From the NCBI GenBank assembly GCA_049975585.1, contig JBNGEB010000002.1:1-46079 (forward strand): a stretch of 46,079 nt of DNA, read 5' to 3'. The position numbers and the translations under genes were made by a program. Origin of the DNA: Anaerolineae bacterium (GTDB lineage Bacteria > Chloroflexota > Anaerolineae > UBA1429). Shown piece by piece: positions 1 to 8,857 of this stretch. The notes below the pieces were generated by a model. That model saw only the letters and a program-made list of their open reading frames with translations. It ran no database searches and was not told the origin of the DNA. Position 1 is the stretch's first letter; every line of letters starts with the position of its first letter.

Positions 1-439
1 GGGCCAAGGCATCGCTGACAACGGCACCCACTTGTCCGCTACCGCGCCCAATCGCTGCATCAGGAGCGGACGTTGCTCCCAACCATCCTGTGACTCCGAG
101 TAGCATGGCCAGTAGCAGCACGCCACCGAGCGCTCGTACCCAGGGGAACACGATCGCCCGGCCCGCACCGTGGACCACTAGGAACACGCCGCACGCGCCC
201 ACGCCAACAGCCACAGGATACAATCCCCAGCCCAGTAGGCGCGTGACGCTTGCCGCCCAGCGGGTCGTCAGCCGGCCCTCGCCGCCCACGGCCGCTGCCG
301 CCAGCGTAAAGACTGCCAGGGCCAGGACCAACACGCCTGCACTGGTCTTGAGCCACGGGCTCTTCAGAATCTTCGCCACCTTGTGCAGGAAGGCCCTGGC
401 GGCAAAACGCTTCTTTTTTGTTTTTCTGCGCCTTGTCAT
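1..439 (-). CDS. ftsK: DNA translocase FtsK/SpoIIIE, N-terminal membrane segment; the gene continues past the left window edge
   Basis: Not in the ORF track. Minus strand from ATG at 437-439 reads MTRRRKTKKKRFAARAFLHKVAKILKSPWLKTSAGVLVLALAVFTLAAA...GRGSGQVGAVVSDALA with no stop down to position 2. A basic N-terminus followed by several Gly/Ala/Leu-rich TM helices is typical of FtsK N-termini. Confidence 0.5.
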   Translation of the reverse strand, partial: MTRRRKTKKKRFAARAFLHKVAKILKSPWLKTSAGVLVLALAVFTLAAAAVGGEGRLTTRWAASVTRLLGWGLYPVAVGVGACGVFLVVHGAGRAIVFPWVRALGGVLLLAMLLGVTGWLGATSAPDAAIGRGSGQVGAVVSDALA

Positions 440-560
440 TGTTTCCTACTATGCAGTCACTAGGAGATTGTCCTCTAGCATTCCTGCGGATACAAGCCTC
501 CCTGCACCAATACCTGGAAGCCCACATAACGCAAAGCGGCAATCTCCTGGGCAATGCCCC

Positions 561-1184
561 CTAGAACAGAGAAAGCTGCTCAGGAGGCTCGGGTTCCGCC
601 TCGTCGGCCAGGGCGTTTATGTCCGACAAGATGGCGGGCAGTTTCTTGATATCCTGCTCGATAAAACTCTTGTACCGTGGCTGGTGCAGCCCTGCTGCGG
701 GGTGGAACATGGGAAAGTAGACAATATCCCCCATGCGCTTGGGCGTCCCGTGGACGCGGGTGATGGTTATCCCCGTGAATGCAAGCCGCATCGAGAATCG
801 ACCCAAAGTGACGATGATCTTGGGCTTGATCAGCTCGATCTGCCGTTCTAGGAAGCCTTGGCAGGCCTCAATCTCGTCAGGCTGCGGATCGCGGTTATCC
901 GGAGGGCGACACTTGACGACGTTGGTGATATAGACATCCTCACGGCAGAGTCCTATCGATGCCAGCAGCTCGGACAAATAGTTGCCCGCTGCGCCTACGA
1001 ACGGTCGGCCTTGCTGATCTTCATGGTAGCCCGGGGCTTCGCCGATGAACATGATATCGGCATGTTCCGGCCCCTCGCCCGGCACAGCGTGCGTTCGACG
1101 CATACCTAACCGACATCGCTGACAACGGCGGATCTCCTCGTCAAGTTGCTGCAGCTCTGTCACTGGGCCTGCCTCCTCTTTCAC
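561..1184 (-). CDS. uracil-DNA glycosylase, family 4 (Fe-S type)
   Basis: Motifs GEAPG...GRPFVGAAG and HPAAGL, plus cysteines CQRC / KCRPP. GTG start. Confidence 0.85.
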   Translation of the reverse strand: MKEEAGPVTELQQLDEEIRRCQRCRLGMRRTHAVPGEGPEHADIMFIGEAPGYHEDQQGRPFVGAAGNYLSELLASIGLCREDVYITNVVKCRPPDNRDPQPDEIEACQGFLERQIELIKPKIIVTLGRFSMRLAFTGITITRVHGTPKRMGDIVYFPMFHPAAGLHQPRYKSFIEQDIKKLPAILSDINALADEAEPEPPEQLSLF

Positions 1185-1322
1185 GCGACACCCTTCATGC
1201 TGCGATTATAGATTGGGCTGGCCGTATCGTCCACCGGCTAGCAGGCTCTTTGACCGGAACTGGCTCTGAGAGTACCCTTCTATCTTGGTACGTGATGCCG
1301 ACAAACCTACTATCGAGGGAAA

Positions 1323-2102
1323 ATGCTCGAACTTGCCATCGAGGCTTCACGAGCTGCCGGTCGCGAGCTATTGCGGCTCTTCCAGCAGCCCATGGATATC
1401 TCTTCCAAGGGGCTACGGGACATCCAGACAGAGGCAGACCTGGCTGCCGAAAACGCCGTCGTCGCGCTGCTTCAGCAGCGTACGCCAGAAGCGGCCATCA
1501 TCACCGAAGAGGACCCGCGCACACCAAGGGTACAGCCGGGGCAGCTAGCGTGGTACATCGATCCCCTGGACGGCACCACCAACTATGCTCGGGGATTGCC
1601 CGGATTCTCTGTGTCCATTGCCGCTGCGCGGGATGGCGTGCCAGAGTATGCGGTCGTGTACGACCCTCTATTGCAACTTACCTTCTCGGCTCAACGCGGC
1701 CATGGGGCCTTTCTCAACGGCGAGCGCCTTCAGGTCAGCCACACCGAACGCCTTCAGGACGCTCTCGTCCTGCTAGACTGGCCTCGCGAACCTTCGCCAC
1801 GCCAAGCCATGGCCGACATGCTCCGAAGCATCGTCCCTGACGTGGACGCGGTTCGCTCCAGAGGCAGCGCCGCCTTTGGCATGTGCGCTGTCGCCGCTGG
1901 CTGGGCCGATGCCTACTTCCAGCTCACGTTGCAACCGTGGGATGTGGCCGCCGGGTCGCTGATCGTGGAGGAAGCGGGGGGCAAGGTGACGGATCTGGCC
2001 GGCAAAGCCAGCGCCCTCACCAAACCGGACTGGCTCGCGAGCAATGGCCGGCTGCACGAGGCGGTGCTAGCCTACAGCCCTCGGCTCACTGCCGCCCCAT
2101 AG
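1323..2102 (+). CDS. inositol monophosphatase family protein (SuhB-like)
   Basis: WYIDPLDGTTNY and WDVAAG signature motifs; 259 aa. Confidence 0.85.
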   Translation: MLELAIEASRAAGRELLRLFQQPMDISSKGLRDIQTEADLAAENAVVALLQQRTPEAAIITEEDPRTPRVQPGQLAWYIDPLDGTTNYARGLPGFSVSIAAARDGVPEYAVVYDPLLQLTFSAQRGHGAFLNGERLQVSHTERLQDALVLLDWPREPSPRQAMADMLRSIVPDVDAVRSRGSAAFGMCAVAAGWADAYFQLTLQPWDVAAGSLIVEEAGGKVTDLAGKASALTKPDWLASNGRLHEAVLAYSPRLTAAP

Positions 2103-2169
2103 CCATCCGCAGCTCCACATTCCAGGCAGCCGAGGGAGGGGGCATCCCCCATGCCCGCCGGAAAAGCCC

Positions 2170-2511
2170 CTACAGCGAGACCTTGTCCTTGGGCAGGTAC
2201 GGCCACTTGATAAAGACGAGCTTCAGATCGTCTGCACCGACGTTGCGGACAGCGTGGCGGTCTTTGGGCTCCATCCGCAGCGCCGTGCCCGCTTTGGCGA
2301 CGATCTCCTCATCGTTCACCTCGAACGCCGCTTGTCCCTGGACCACATAGAAGGTCTCTTCGACCTGTTCATGGTAGTGGCCAGCCAGATTCTCACCCGG
2401 CTTGAGCAAGATCACGCCCCAATCCAGATTGGGACCACGCATGAGGTACTTGACTCCGCTATCGCCGCCACGATACGCTAGGTCTGCCTCGTTGACACGC
2501 TGCACGGGCAC
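2170..2511 (-). CDS. cupin domain protein
   Basis: 113 aa. GHYHEQVEETFYVVQG...RH metal-binding cupin motifs. 3 nt downstream of the ADH gene stop. Confidence 0.75.
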   Translation of the reverse strand: MPVQRVNEADLAYRGGDSGVKYLMRGPNLDWGVILLKPGENLAGHYHEQVEETFYVVQGQAAFEVNDEEIVAKAGTALRMEPKDRHAVRNVGADDLKLVFIKWPYLPKDKVSL

Positions 2512-2514
2512 CTC

Positions 2515-3654
2515 CTAAAGAGCGCTCTCGAGTATGCGACGCACGTCCTGACCATCAAGAGGACGCGGGTTGTGCTTGAGCGAACCAGAGGGTAACGAGG
2601 CCTCCACAATCGCGTCAAGATCGTCATCCCGTACTCCCAGAGGTCCTAGATGCTCTGGGATGCCGATATCACGCAGCAACTGCCAAACATGCTCCACGGC
2701 TGCATGCCGTAGCTTCATGTCCGACGCGTCTATATCAGAAATACCCAACAGCTCGGCCACGTGGGCATACTTGGGCGTCGCGGGAAGATTGTACTCCATC
2801 GTATAAGGTAAGAGTAAACCGCATATCATCCCATGAGGAAGCTCAAAGGCGACCCCCAACGGATGTGCCATGCCGTGCACGGCGCCGAGCCGTGCGTTAG
2901 CCATCGCCATACCCGCCAACAGGCTACCGTAGGCCATATCCTCGCGCGCCCGAAGATCCTCCCCCGACGCGTACGCACGAGACAGGGATCGCCCGATGAG
3001 CGTGATAGCCTGCTCCGCCAGACTATCCGTCAGAGGCGTCGCGCCGATGGACGTGTAGGCTTCGATCGCCTGGCAAAGCGCATCGCTGCCCGAATTGGCA
3101 GTCACTTCGGGAGGCATGTCGAGAGTGAGCTCGGGATCGACGATCGCCCACCGCGGGAACCAGCGATCGTCGCGAATCGAATGCTTGATCTTTGCCTCGC
3201 GATCGATCAGCACAGCGTTCTTGGTAACCTCCGCGCCCGTGCCGGCTGTAGTCGGAATGGCCACGAACGGGATTGAAGGACCGTCGACGGGCCGTCCGGC
3301 AAAGTACGCGCCTGGTGGCCCCTCCAGCAGCGCCAGACCGGCCACTGCCTTTGCCAGATCCATAGGGCTCCCGCCACCAAGGCCTACGATGACGTCACAA
3401 TTGCCATCACGGACAAGGCTGCACGCCTCCTCCACCATGCTCAGATCCGGCTCGCGTCCAGCCCGAACGTAGAGCTCCAGCTCGATGTCGTGCTCCGCGG
3501 CAAGCGAGCGAGCTCGATCAACGAGCCCAGAGCGCACAGCGTGCTGTCCACATACCAACAAGCCTCTCCGCCCGCAAGATGCCAAGATCTCGCCCAAGCT
3601 CTCGTAGGCACCCCTGCCCGTACGGATCTGCGTCGGCAAGTAGAACGTGTCCAT
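2515..3654 (-). CDS. iron-containing alcohol dehydrogenase
   Basis: GGGSPMDLAKA dinucleotide motif and conserved His cluster (HGMAHP...H); 379 aa. Confidence 0.85.
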   Translation of the reverse strand: MDTFYLPTQIRTGRGAYESLGEILASCGRRGLLVCGQHAVRSGLVDRARSLAAEHDIELELYVRAGREPDLSMVEEACSLVRDGNCDVIVGLGGGSPMDLAKAVAGLALLEGPPGAYFAGRPVDGPSIPFVAIPTTAGTGAEVTKNAVLIDREAKIKHSIRDDRWFPRWAIVDPELTLDMPPEVTANSGSDALCQAIEAYTSIGATPLTDSLAEQAITLIGRSLSRAYASGEDLRAREDMAYGSLLAGMAMANARLGAVHGMAHPLGVAFELPHGMICGLLLPYTMEYNLPATPKYAHVAELLGISDIDASDMKLRHAAVEHVWQLLRDIGIPEHLGPLGVRDDDLDAIVEASLPSGSLKHNPRPLDGQDVRRILESAL

Positions 3655-3674
3655 CCCCAGCGCACCTCCTCCGG

Positions 3675-4922
3675 TCAGAGCTCAGTCGTCACCGATATGA
3701 CGCCATCGTCCAGAAGCAGCTCGTCGCCGGCGAGCTCGGACTCACCATACACGGCGAGATCGACGGACGGTGCCTCATAGTCGAGGAAACGGGCCAGCAT
3801 CCGGGCCCGCTCCCCTGCCAGCGCGATGGTATCGGCCCCCACATCCTCAAAGAAACGAAGGTAGAGGCTCTCTTGGTGAGGCCTCGTCCACCAAGAGCCA
3901 ACGATGACCCCATCGCGCCAGATGGTCCCCCTCGGCTCACCAGCCCGATCGACCACACGATCGCGGTCGTCAGGATCCAGGAATCGTCTCGTGTCTCCAT
4001 ACGCGGCTGGATAGCTATCGTGAGGCGGGAGCAGGGCCACGTTTCCCGACTCGAGAGGCATGTCTCCCATCTCTTCCAAATGTTGACGGCACATCACATA
4101 GTCGCCGCGACATCCACGTATTTCCAGGTGCCACAGCCTATCCTGCAACTCCAGCAGCAGGCCCGCCATCTGGCTACGAGGGATGCTGCCGAACCAGAAA
4201 ACGATATCGCCGAGCGTGACAGGGCCATAGGCTCGAATGTAGGCCAGCACGGCCCGTTCCGCCGCCTGCTCCCAGGAGAGCGGTGCCAGCTGCAGGTGCG
4301 GCAACCAAGACGAGAGGGCCGCGTACCGGTACTGCTCGCTGCGCCAGCCACCCCTGCTGCCCGCGCGCACGACCAGACCACGCACCTCCATCGCGGGGAT
4401 GAGTCGGTAGCCCAGACGCAAGTCCCTGCCGCTCGTCCGGGGTCCGGCGCAAGCCGGAGCCAAGATCTCGTCAAGTTCTTGGATCGTAAGGGGGCCGCTC
4501 GTGCTGAGGATCTCAAGAACGCGCTGTTCTAGCGCCTCGCATACGTCAGAGCCATAGGTGGCATCTCCACCTACAGCCTCTAAAATCTCCTCGCTGACGG
4601 CTGACAATCCATTGTGGAACTCGCTCTGCACCAATTGATGGTAAACGGCCAGATCGGCCACCGGCACCAAAAAGAGCTTGCCTCGCATCCCTCGAATCGT
4701 CGCCACACTGCGCTGTTCAAGGATGGCTCGCTCGAGATGCCTACGCCGAAAGCCGGCCACCCGTGCCCACAAGGAGATATAGGCGCTCGTAGCCGGTATG
4801 GCTCGAATCGGCCCAACTCGCTCAATGACCCGCGGCAGGTCCTTGGTCTTGACGGGCGAGGCCAGGTGTTGCTTCTGAAAGCGGTAACGGTTGACCCTGT
4901 CCTTCTCAAAACGGAACGGCAT
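3675..4922 (-). CDS. winged-helix DNA-binding protein, YcaQ/DUF1006 family (putative interstrand-crosslink DNA glycosylase)
   Basis: 415 aa. N-terminal pattern RYRFQKQHL...AIPATSAYISLWARV...LFLVP resembles the YcaQ family as I recall it. Confidence 0.6.
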   Translation of the reverse strand: MPFRFEKDRVNRYRFQKQHLASPVKTKDLPRVIERVGPIRAIPATSAYISLWARVAGFRRRHLERAILEQRSVATIRGMRGKLFLVPVADLAVYHQLVQSEFHNGLSAVSEEILEAVGGDATYGSDVCEALEQRVLEILSTSGPLTIQELDEILAPACAGPRTSGRDLRLGYRLIPAMEVRGLVVRAGSRGGWRSEQYRYAALSSWLPHLQLAPLSWEQAAERAVLAYIRAYGPVTLGDIVFWFGSIPRSQMAGLLLELQDRLWHLEIRGCRGDYVMCRQHLEEMGDMPLESGNVALLPPHDSYPAAYGDTRRFLDPDDRDRVVDRAGEPRGTIWRDGVIVGSWWTRPHQESLYLRFFEDVGADTIALAGERARMLARFLDYEAPSVDLAVYGESELAGDELLLDDGVISVTTEL

Positions 4923-5002
4923 AGTCCTCCGTGACTACCTCACCTGCGATCTCGCGTCTCCTCCTAGATTATAGCACAGACTGCGCCCCAAGCCGTGAAC
5001 GC

Positions 5003-5506
5003 CTATGCGAACCGCAACTCCATCGCGCCGTCTTCTCCCGCGTGGTACTCACCGTACACCAGATCCCTATGGCCTTCATCGAGCACCAGAGGCAGCAGCA
5101 AAGGCAAGTCGTCAACCATCTCGTCCCAGGGAAGGTCATCGACGTCGCACCAGACGGGCTCGCCCTCTGCGCCTGCCCGGACGTCGCGCGACGCGACCTC
5201 TCCGAGATACACAAGGATCAAGACACCAGGCTCTTGAGTCTGCGACGAGATGTGGATCACCCCACGGAGCGAAAGGGTCGATGGCTTCACCCCCGCCTCT
5301 TCCCATAGCTCGCGGCGAGCGCACTCGAGAGGCGTCTCGCTGGGCTCGACGTGCCCACCGATGCCATTCAGACGTCCAGCCCATAGCCTTTTGGCCGGCG
5401 CGCCACGAAGCAGCAGCAGACAGCCAGCGTGACGGATAAAGCAGAGCGTGCGCGGTATGACCACATGACGACCCTGCCCGCGTGTGCCTTGGTCACGCCA
5501 GAGCAT
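5003..5506 (-). CDS. NUDIX hydrolase
   Basis: Nudix box GGHVEPSETPLECARRELWEEAGV. Start moved to ATG 5506 (MLWRD...), 7 nt after the thpR stop. The ORF-track start at 5575 would overlap thpR by 62 nt. Confidence 0.75.
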   Translation of the reverse strand: MLWRDQGTRGQGRHVVIPRTLCFIRHAGCLLLLRGAPAKRLWAGRLNGIGGHVEPSETPLECARRELWEEAGVKPSTLSLRGVIHISSQTQEPGVLILVYLGEVASRDVRAGAEGEPVWCDVDDLPWDEMVDDLPLLLPLVLDEGHRDLVYGEYHAGEDGAMELRFA

Positions 5507-5513
5507 GCCACGC

Positions 5514-6095
5514 CTAGCCCACGAGAGCTGCGCGATGCAGCCGGGCATAGATCGCGCCAGAGGGGGCGAGATCACTGCGCATGAGGCTTACGGCATGGAC
5601 TGGCAAGGCAAGATCGCGTGTCAGGTCCAAGACGCTCTCGCGTGCGAGGGAAGCCACCTCAGACCTCGGCGCGTCCCGCCGGACGCGGCCCAACGTGAGG
5701 TGTGCCGTATACGGACGACTCTCTCGCTCGAATCCCAGCCGTGCCAGCGCATCCTCCAGGCTCTCGACCAAAGCGCCGAGGCGGCCCCGCGAGTCCTCGA
5801 CCCCAACCCAGAACACCCTTGCCCTTCGAGGATTGGGAAAGCAGCCAAGCTCCCCCAACGCGAGATCGAATCGCGCATGAGATACGACCACGCGATCAAG
5901 CGCTCGGCTCAGCGCAGGCACTTGCGCAGCGTCAATGTCTCCCAGGAACTTGAGCGTGAGATGGATGCTCTCCGGCGAGACCCATCGAACCAGCTCGCCG
6001 CCCTCCTCCGCCTCGAGACGGGCAATACACTGGCCAAGAGCCTCCCGTACATTCGCATCAAGCTCCACGGCGACGAACGAACGCATGCTAGACAT
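5514..6095 (-). CDS. thpR: RNA 2',3'-cyclic phosphodiesterase (2H family, LigT/ThpR)
   Basis: Two HxTx motifs (HLTLKFLG and HLTLGRV); 193 aa. Confidence 0.85.
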   Translation of the reverse strand: MSSMRSFVAVELDANVREALGQCIARLEAEEGGELVRWVSPESIHLTLKFLGDIDAAQVPALSRALDRVVVSHARFDLALGELGCFPNPRRARVFWVGVEDSRGRLGALVESLEDALARLGFERESRPYTAHLTLGRVRRDAPRSEVASLARESVLDLTRDLALPVHAVSLMRSDLAPSGAIYARLHRAALVG

Positions 6096-6942
6096 GTTGC
6101 TCCCCTCCGCCTTCGGCTAGCCCCAAGAGCCGAGCAGCATTCCCTCCCAGGAAGCCTCCCCACTGGTGCACATCCGGCCGCATCACGCCTAGGTAGCGCC
6201 GCGCAGACAACAAAGGGTAGTCAGTCCCAAAGAGGATTTTGCGTGGCATCCATCCCAGGGCATCTTGGTAGAGCCTCTTGTCATACAACAGCGGCCCGGC
6301 TGCCGTGTCATAGTAGACATTGGTACAAGCTCGTCTCACCTCTGGCATATGCTCATAGAACAAAAGGCCGCCTCCCCAGTGCGCCAGGACGAGGCTATTC
6401 GCAGGATGAGAGGATGCCAGCTCGAGCGCTTCACGAGGGCCTTGCCAGCCCTTGCCAGCATAGTCGTGACCCACCGGCTCACTCACGTGCAACAGCACGG
6501 GAGCGCGGTGTTCCAACGCGAGATCCATGAGCGGGCCCAGCGTGTGTTCGTCGTTCAGTGCGAACCCTTGACCATCGGGGATCAACTCGCCCAAGCCGAG
6601 AGCCCCGGCCTCCAGAGCCCCCCGCGCTACCGAGATGCCCTCTGGGTCACGTGGATTGGTGAGGCCAAAGGGAAGGAGCGCTCCGGGATACCGCTCGGCG
6701 GCATCCAGCACATAGTCGTTGCAGGCGCGACACAGCCCAACATCCTGAAACGGGAAGCCAAACGTCACCGATGCTGCGATGCCCTGGTCGGCCATATGCG
6801 CCACCAGATCCTCAGCGGTGGCCAGCCGCGCCTTGGGGCGAGCGTACAAGCGTGAAAACCAAGGCTCGCGCTCACACAACGCCTCCCGTCTCGCGATGAG
6901 ATCGGACGGTAGGATGTGCGTGTGAAAATCGATGATGAGCAA
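6088..6942 (-). CDS. amidohydrolase-family metal-dependent hydrolase (TIM barrel)
   Basis: N-terminal IIDFHTHI metal motif; 284 aa. Overlaps thpR by 8 nt. Confidence 0.7.
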   Translation of the reverse strand: MLIIDFHTHILPSDLIARREALCEREPWFSRLYARPKARLATAEDLVAHMADQGIAASVTFGFPFQDVGLCRACNDYVLDAAERYPGALLPFGLTNPRDPEGISVARGALEAGALGLGELIPDGQGFALNDEHTLGPLMDLALEHRAPVLLHVSEPVGHDYAGKGWQGPREALELASSHPANSLVLAHWGGGLLFYEHMPEVRRACTNVYYDTAAGPLLYDKRLYQDALGWMPRKILFGTDYPLLSARRYLGVMRPDVHQWGGFLGGNAARLLGLAEGGGEQHV

Positions 6943-7027
6943 GGTCCCCTCTCAAGACAACCTGGCACAGCACCATCATTCTTGCCATGCCCCGCTGTCT
7001 TGTCAACCAACGCCCAAGACCAAAGTC

Positions 7028-7056
7028 TGGACAAACTTTCCTAGCGAGGCTATAGT
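7028..7056 (+). promoter_or_regulatory. putative sigma-70 promoter TGGACA-17-TATAGT, possibly giving a leaderless lipid-kinase mRNA
   Basis: Hexamers at 7028-7033 and 7051-7056. The ATG at 7063 lies 6 nt after the -10 and has no RBS. Confidence 0.3.
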
Positions 7057-7062
7057 TGGATC

Positions 7063-8079
7063 ATGAGAGCCCATCTGATCGTTAACCCAGTCGCCGGCAC
7101 CCACGATACCGATGACCTAGTCGACGCCGTCGCGCACTATCTGGCCGACCATGACTGGAGCGTAGCCATCCGCCGGACGCTAGGTCCCGGTGACGGCATC
7201 ACCTATGCCCGTGAGGCCGCTTCCTCGGGCATCGACGTCGCCGTCGCCATGGGAGGTGATGGAACCCTCGGGGAAGTAGCCTCGGGCCTCGCGCACAGCG
7301 ACTGCAAGCTCGGCCTTGTTCCCATCGGCACAGGCAACGTCTGGGCGCACATGGTGGGCATCCCCACCTGGTCGGTACGCAACAAGAACGCCGTGCTAGA
7401 AGCAGCGCGTATCCTCGTCGAGGGTCAAGCGCGTCAAGTCGATCTGGGCCAGTCGGGAGATCGTCACTTTATGCTTTGGAGCGGCATCGGCTTTGATGCC
7501 GAAGTCATCCAAGAGGTAGAACGCCATCGCACGCTGCGCCGGAGTGTAGGCAATCTCGCCGATCTCGTGGCCGCCTTTGTGGTGGGAGCCAGCCTGCGTG
7601 GCACGCGCACGACCGTCGTCCTTGACGGCAAGATCATGCGACAGCGCCTCATCTTGGCGCTGGTCTGCAACGCGCAGCTCTACGGGCGGGCATTCCGGGT
7701 CGCGCCGCAGGCCAGGCTCGACGATGGCGTGTTGGATGTGTTCATCTTCAAGGGAGGGAGCATGTTGGATGCCCTGCGGCACGCGGCATCCGTGCTCGTG
7801 AACCTGCACGCCAAGGACCCCAAGATCGAGTACCACCGAGCCCGTCAGGTGGAAATTCACAGCGAGCAGCCGCTGCCGCTGCATCTCGATGGCGATCCCG
7901 TGGGCACCACGCCGGCAGAGATCTCTGTTGCCCATCGAGCCATCTCTGTGATCTTTCCCAAGACGGCTCCTGCCTCGCTGTTTGAGAGCGCCGAGCAAGA
8001 GCCTGAGGAGAGCTCCTTGATGGATCGCCTCCTCGGGAGACATCGCCAGGAGCGGACAGAACACGTGGGGCAAGCGTGA
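7063..8079 (+). CDS. diacylglycerol/lipid kinase family protein (YegS/BmrU-like)
   Basis: GGDGTLGEV motif; 338 aa. Confidence 0.8.
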   Translation: MRAHLIVNPVAGTHDTDDLVDAVAHYLADHDWSVAIRRTLGPGDGITYAREAASSGIDVAVAMGGDGTLGEVASGLAHSDCKLGLVPIGTGNVWAHMVGIPTWSVRNKNAVLEAARILVEGQARQVDLGQSGDRHFMLWSGIGFDAEVIQEVERHRTLRRSVGNLADLVAAFVVGASLRGTRTTVVLDGKIMRQRLILALVCNAQLYGRAFRVAPQARLDDGVLDVFIFKGGSMLDALRHAASVLVNLHAKDPKIEYHRARQVEIHSEQPLPLHLDGDPVGTTPAEISVAHRAISVIFPKTAPASLFESAEQEPEESSLMDRLLGRHRQERTEHVGQA

Positions 8080-8137
8080 CCTCGACGTTGCCCTGGTTGA
8101 CACCACTAGCCGTCGATGGTATAGTCTGGGTCGTCTG

Positions 8138-8222
8138 GCCGAGGTGGCGGAACCGGCAGACGCGCCGCGTTCAGGGCGCGGTGGATATTAGATCCATGAG
8201 GGTTCAAATCCCTCCCTCGGCA
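8138..8222 (+). tRNA. tRNA-Leu (anticodon CAG)
   Basis: Hand-folded. Acceptor GCCGAGG/CCTCGGC; D arm GCG-GAACCGGCAGA-CGC; anticodon stem CCGCG/CGCGG with loop TTCAGGG. Long variable arm TGGATATTAGATCCAT; T arm GAGGG-TTCAAAT-CCCTC; discriminator A. No encoded CCA. Confidence 0.9.
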
Positions 8223-8296
8223 TACGGCGCCCCATGTGCATTCGCACCTGGGGCGCTTGGCGTGCCAATCTGCTAGAACTGGGAACGGGAGGACCG

Positions 8297-8857
8297 GTGC
8301 CTCGCCAAGATGCCAGCAAACCGCTTCTCATCAAACGGGGGCGCTGGACCCTCCGCGTCATCCAAAGCGCCCGCCGCAAAAAGACCATCAGCGCCAAGTT
8401 AATCGACCAAAACACGCTAGAGATCCGCGCTCCCGCGCATGTCTTTGAGCCGCAGATCCTCAAAGCGGCGGACACGCTCATCGCCCGCACGGAACGCCAG
8501 CTCGCCTCTTCCAAGGCGCGCGAGCGTGATGCGTACCTAGAGGAACGGGCACGCATTCTCAACGAACGCTACTTTGACGGCAAGCTGTCATGGACGAGCA
8601 TCCGCTTTGTGACCAACCAGAGAAAGCGATTTGGTAGCTGCACACCCGATCGAGCCACCATCCGCATCTCTGACCGACTCTGTGGTGCCCCTGCATTCGT
8701 GCTAGACTATGTCGTGCTCCACGAGCTTGCCCACCTCACGGTACCTAACCACTCTGCCAAGTTCTGGGACTTGGTGAATAGGTTCCCCAAAGCAGAGCGT
8801 GCTAGAGGCTATCTCATGGCGATGCAGCATCTTCAGGCTGACCAGGAGGACTCGTGA
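8297..8857 (+). CDS. YgjP/DUF45 (M48-like) metal-dependent hydrolase
   Basis: HELAHLTVPNHSAKFW zinc motif. Start placed at GTG 8297, 5 nt after GGGAGGA. The ORF-track start at 8234 sits 12 nt after the tRNA. Confidence 0.75.
   Translation: MPRQDASKPLLIKRGRWTLRVIQSARRKKTISAKLIDQNTLEIRAPAHVFEPQILKAADTLIARTERQLASSKARERDAYLEERARILNERYFDGKLSWTSIRFVTNQRKRFGSCTPDRATIRISDRLCGAPAFVLDYVVLHELAHLTVPNHSAKFWDLVNRFPKAERARGYLMAMQHLQADQEDS

Noticed and set aside
90-851. 253-aa plus-strand ORF, plus the 164-aa minus-strand ORF at 60-554, at the left edge.
   Set aside because: Pro/Arg/Ser/Thr-rich low-complexity translations that overlap the better-supported ftsK N-terminus (another minus frame) and the UDG gene. 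These are typical high-GC shadow ORFs.
3579-4532. Long ORFs antisense to or overlapping confident genes: 3579-4532(+), 5484-6530(+), 7396-8106(-), 10511-11242(+), 13226-14065(-), 13918-14541(+), 25720-26253(-), 36934-37848(-), 40811-42016(-).
   Set aside because: All lie opposite genes with strong family motifs, are Arg/Pro/Gly/Ala-rich with no recognisable domains, and lack RBSs. This is the expected by-product of about 60% G+C coding sequence.
8080-8300. tRNA-Leu as a possible integration hotspot or genomic-island boundary.
   Set aside because: No integrase, no direct repeat of the tRNA 3' end, and no compositional shift that I could see. Both flanks are ordinary housekeeping genes.
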